Of a stretch of DNA of 20,000 nucleotides, positions 16,658 through 20,000 are shown piece by piece. Position 1 is the first letter of the stretch; the number at the start of each line of letters is the position of its first letter. The translations under genes were made by a program, and so were the position numbers. The notes under the pieces were generated by a model, which was given only the letters and a program-made list of their open reading frames with translations, searched no databases and was not told where the DNA came from. Source of the DNA: Deltaproteobacteria bacterium (lineage in GTDB: Bacteria; Myxococcota; JACRCW01); contig JACRCW010000092.1 of the NCBI GenBank assembly GCA_016218805.1, positions 109,013-129,012 of the forward strand, written 5' to 3'.

Positions 16658-16946
16658 GGGACCCAAAGCTAGGCGCAGGGCGCGTCAGCGTCGAGGCGAG
16701 CGGGCGTTGACGGGGGGGTGTGCGGTGCGGACGCGGTCAGGAACGCGCAAGAACACCGCGAATCCCATGGGCTGCACGGTTGAGATCCGGCAGCGGTGCA
16801 GCGCCGCCGCCGCCGCCACATCCATGCATGCGCGCGCGACCGCGGCAACAGCGCGGCCGGCGCAGCCGCCGCATCACAATCCCCTGACAGTGCGCGGTCG
16901 GCGAGGGTGGTTGCCGCGGGCCTTGGCGCAGAGCTTCATGGTGCAC

Positions 16947-19862
16947 TCACGCGTCCGGATGTTCCCCGCCCGCGGGCAGTTCCGCCAGCGTGCGCGCCAG
17001 CGCCGCCACGTCGTCGGGACGCACGGGTTTCTCCAGGAATGCGCTGGCACCCGCGGCCAGGCACTGCTCGCCGTGGCCCGGCACCACCACCGTGGCGAGC
17101 ATGATCACCCGGATGGCTGCCGCAGCCGGGTCCCGCCGCATCTGGCGGAGTACCTCCAGTCCGTCCAGCACGGGCAGCGTGCTGTCCATCACCACAATCC
17201 GGGGGGACAGGTCCGCCATGAGTGACAGCACGGCCGCACCGTTGCGCACCAGCCGCACGCGGAAACCGTGGCTTTCCAGGCTGGCCCCCAAGGCTGCCGA
17301 GAATCCCTGGTGCTCGTCCGCAATGACGACCAGGGGCGCCGACGGCGACTCCCTGCCCTGCACACCGGGTGCGCTGGTTGCCAACACGCGCGGGGCCGGT
17401 GTCTCAGGCAACACCACGGTGAAGCGGCTGCCGTGGCCCGGCGTGCTGGCCACAGAAACACTGCCACCGTGCAGTGCGGCCATGCGTGCCACCAGCGCCA
17501 GGCCCAGGCCGGTGCCCTGGTAGGCACGGGACAACCGGCTGTCCAACTGGACAAACGGCTTGAAAAGCCGCTCCATATCCCGGCTTTCAATTCCCGGCCC
17601 CGTGTCCCAGACGGTGAAACGGATCCCCCCGCCCGGCGTCTTGGCGGTGACCTCCAGGCCCACCCGGCCGCCGCTGGGCGTGAACTTCACGGCGTTGGCC
17701 AGCAGGTTCACCAACATCTGCTTGAGACGGCGCACGTCCGCGTGGACCTGAGTCACCCCGCTGCCAATCTGCGACTCCACGGAGAGGCCGCGCTGCCGCG
17801 CAGGCTCGCGCACCAGCCGCAGGGCGGCCTCGCACACGTCGGCCACGTTCACGGCTTCGGGCTCGGTGACCATCTGGCCCGCTTCAATCTTGGAATAGTC
17901 GAGAATGTCGTTGATGACCGCCAGCAGATGTTGACCGCTCTCTGCGATGTTGCCCAGCAGCGGGCGCTGGCGATCGGGCACGGCGCCATAGACACCGGCT
18001 TCCACGGCCTCCACCGTCGTGAGGATGGTGTTGAGGGGGGAACGGAGTTCGTGGCTCATGGTCGCCAGGAACTCGCCCTTGGCGTTGAGGGCACGCGCCA
18101 GCTCCGCGTTGGAGGCGGTCAGTTCCGCGGTGCGCTCCTGGACGCGCTGCGCCAGGTGCGCCCGCTCCACTTCAAGCGCGGCCGCCAAACGCCGCCGCTC
18201 CGTGATGTCCTCCTGGACGGCAATGAAATGCGTGATTTCACCGGACGCATCCCGGACCGGGGTGATGGTCTGGTGCAGCGGGTACAGCGTCCCGTCCCGA
18301 CGACGGTTGACCATCTCGCCCTGCCACACGCGGCCCTCCAGGATGGTGGACCACATCAGGCGGTAATGCGCGGAATCATGCTTTCCGGAGTTGAGCACCC
18401 GCAGGCTCTGCCCCCGCAATGCCTCCACCGGGTGGCCGGTCAGCGCGGCAAAGGCCGGGTTGGCCCACTCCACCACGCCTGCGCGGTCCGTGATGACCAT
18501 GGCGTTGGCCGCCGCTTCCAGCGCGGCCGTCTGCAACCGCAGCTGCTCGCCCGCCCGCTTCCGGTCGGCAATGTCGTCCGAAATCACCAGCAGGTGCGGC
18601 TCCCCGCCGCGCAAGAACCGGCTCAGGTGCAGCTCCAACCACACATCCCGGCCAGCCCGCGTCCGCAGCCGGACTTCCTCGCGCTCGCTCACGCCGGTGG
18701 CCAGCACGCGCTCGGCCAATGCCAGCGTGGCGCTGGAGCGCGCGGCCATGGCTTCGCGGAAGTTCTGCTGCGGCAGCACGTCCAGCGGAATGCCGGTGAT
18801 GCGCGCCACCGCCGCGTTCACCATGATGCACTCACCGGTCGCCCGGTACGCCGCCACGCCCAGCGGTGATGCGTTGATCACCACGTCGTTGAGTTCGCCA
18901 GCCTCCGCCAGGCGCGCTTCCGCCAGCAAACGCTCCGCAATCTCCGACTGCAACGCGCGGTTGGCCGCACCCAGCTCCGCCGTCCGCTCTTCCACGCGGC
19001 GCTCCAGGGTGGCATTGAGCGCCGCCACTTCCGCCTCCACCCGGCGGCGTTCGGTCACATCCTGGGCCATCACCAGGACCGCCTGGTGTCCATCAAACGT
19101 CACCGGGTCCGTCACCACCTCCACGTCCATCAACGTGCCGTCCTTGCGGCGGTGCCGCCAGGTTGACGGTGAGGTGGGACTCGGCGTCTCCCCAGGAAGC
19201 CACGGCCGCTGCGCCAGGTGTGACTCCAGCCGCGCCACGTCCTCAGACGGCCGGATGTCGCGGATGGTCATGGTCAGGAACTCGGCACGCGTGTAGCCGT
19301 ACCGCTTCACCGCCGCGTCGTTCACCGCCAGAAAGCCCAACGTGTGCCGGTCATAGAGCCACATGGGCTGCGGATTGCGGTCAAACAGCAGCCGGTACTG
19401 CCGCTCCGACGCGGCCAGTGCCGCCTGCAACTCGCGTTGCCGGGTAATGTCCTCCTTGACCGCAATGAAGTGGCTCACCTGCCCGGCGGCATCCATCACG
19501 GGCGCAATGCACGCTGATTCCCAGAACAGCGATCCATCCCGGCGGCGGTTGTGGAATTCCCCGCGCCACACGCGGCCGGCCAGAATGTTCTGCCATAAGT
19601 CAGCGTATTGTTCCGCTTTCATTTCGCCTGATTTTAGAATGCGCGGATTCTTCCCCAGCACGTCAGCCGCGGTGTAACCGGTCAGCGCGGTGAAGCAGGG
19701 ATTCACGTACTGGATGAGCCCCGCGCGGTCCGTGATGACCACGGACACCGGACTCTGCTCCACCGCGCGCGTGAACTGGCGGAGCGTGACCGCACTCTCC
19801 AGCACGCGCTGTTCCAGCAGGTCCAGCGGCTGCTCCAGCCGCGCACGGATCACGGCGCCGTA
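16947..19862 (-). pseudogene. Multi-PAS hybrid histidine kinase (4 PAS-HisKA-HATPase-REC), apparently 5'-interrupted by an IS; 968 aa still open from GTG 19853
   Basis: Four PAS/PAC units, H-box FLATMSHELRSPLN, LKQMLVNLLANAVKFT, WDTGPGI, FKPFVQ...GTGLGL and a C-terminal receiver. The frame continues upstream as Y-G-A-V, crosses an abrupt AT-rich junction at 19861 and meets a stop at 19886-19884; no RBS before the GTG. The kinase call is firm; pseudogene status is inferred. Confidence 0.75.
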
Positions 19863-20000
19863 TTGATAGGTCCGTAGTTTAGGCTACACAATTGCGAACA
19901 ATCGTGCTATGAGTTTGTCATGGCCAAACGCGATGGGCGGACGTTGTCGCACGAGGTGTCTGAGGAAATTCGGCGGCTTGCAGTGGAGCGCGTGTTTGCA
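19861..20000 (+). mobile_element. Left end of an IS630-family insertion sequence (continues beyond the window)
   Basis: Sharp GC drop starting at TA (TATTGATAGGTCCGTAGTTT...), matching the TA target of IS630/Tc1/mariner elements. A transposase-like start lies at 19920. The right inverted repeat is not visible. Confidence 0.78.
19920..20000 (+). CDS. IS630-family transposase, N-terminal 27 codons (partial)
   Basis: MAKRDGRTLSHEVSEEIRRLAVERVFA matches the recalled IS630 N-terminal pattern (RDGRxLxHxxxExIRxxAVxRV) preceding the HTH. Absent from the ORF track, presumably because it is truncated. Confidence 0.78.
   Translation, partial: MAKRDGRTLSHEVSEEIRRLAVERVFA

Noticed and set aside
16737..16946. 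69-aa minus-strand ORF with Cys and a poly-Gly run, possible RiPP precursor
   Set aside because: Arg/Gly-rich composition typical of non-coding GC-rich DNA, no RBS and no modifying enzymes nearby.
19906..19919. Extended -10-like TGCTATGAG before the transposase ATG (leaderless promoter)
   Set aside because: Only a partial consensus match with no properly spaced -35; too weak to list.
1..20000. CRISPR arrays, tRNA/rRNA genes, prophage or defence genes
   Set aside because: No spaced direct repeats, RNA gene signatures or such protein motifs seen; the window is almost fully protein-coding.

Overview
GC-rich (about 70% by eye), densely coding bacterial window; the kinase style, lipoprotein linkers and orphan domains suggest Myxococcota/Deltaproteobacteria (inference). 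In order: 5'-truncated transglutaminase-like membrane protein; PAS-PAS hybrid histidine kinase; small STAS/SEC14-like protein; PlsC-family acyltransferase (-); putative lipoprotein, exported histidine phosphatase, exported EEP nuclease/phosphatase and a GreA/B-like factor; a 1569-aa orphan beta-rich protein made of two colinear ~690-aa copies; a convergent pair of secreted DUF4139 paralogues; a U32/RlhA-like Fe-S protein; and a 4xPAS hybrid kinase whose 5' end appears cut by an IS630-family element starting at a TA at 19861. The giant duplicated beta-protein is the best candidate for an undescribed system. All calls come from reading motifs by eye; no searches were run.
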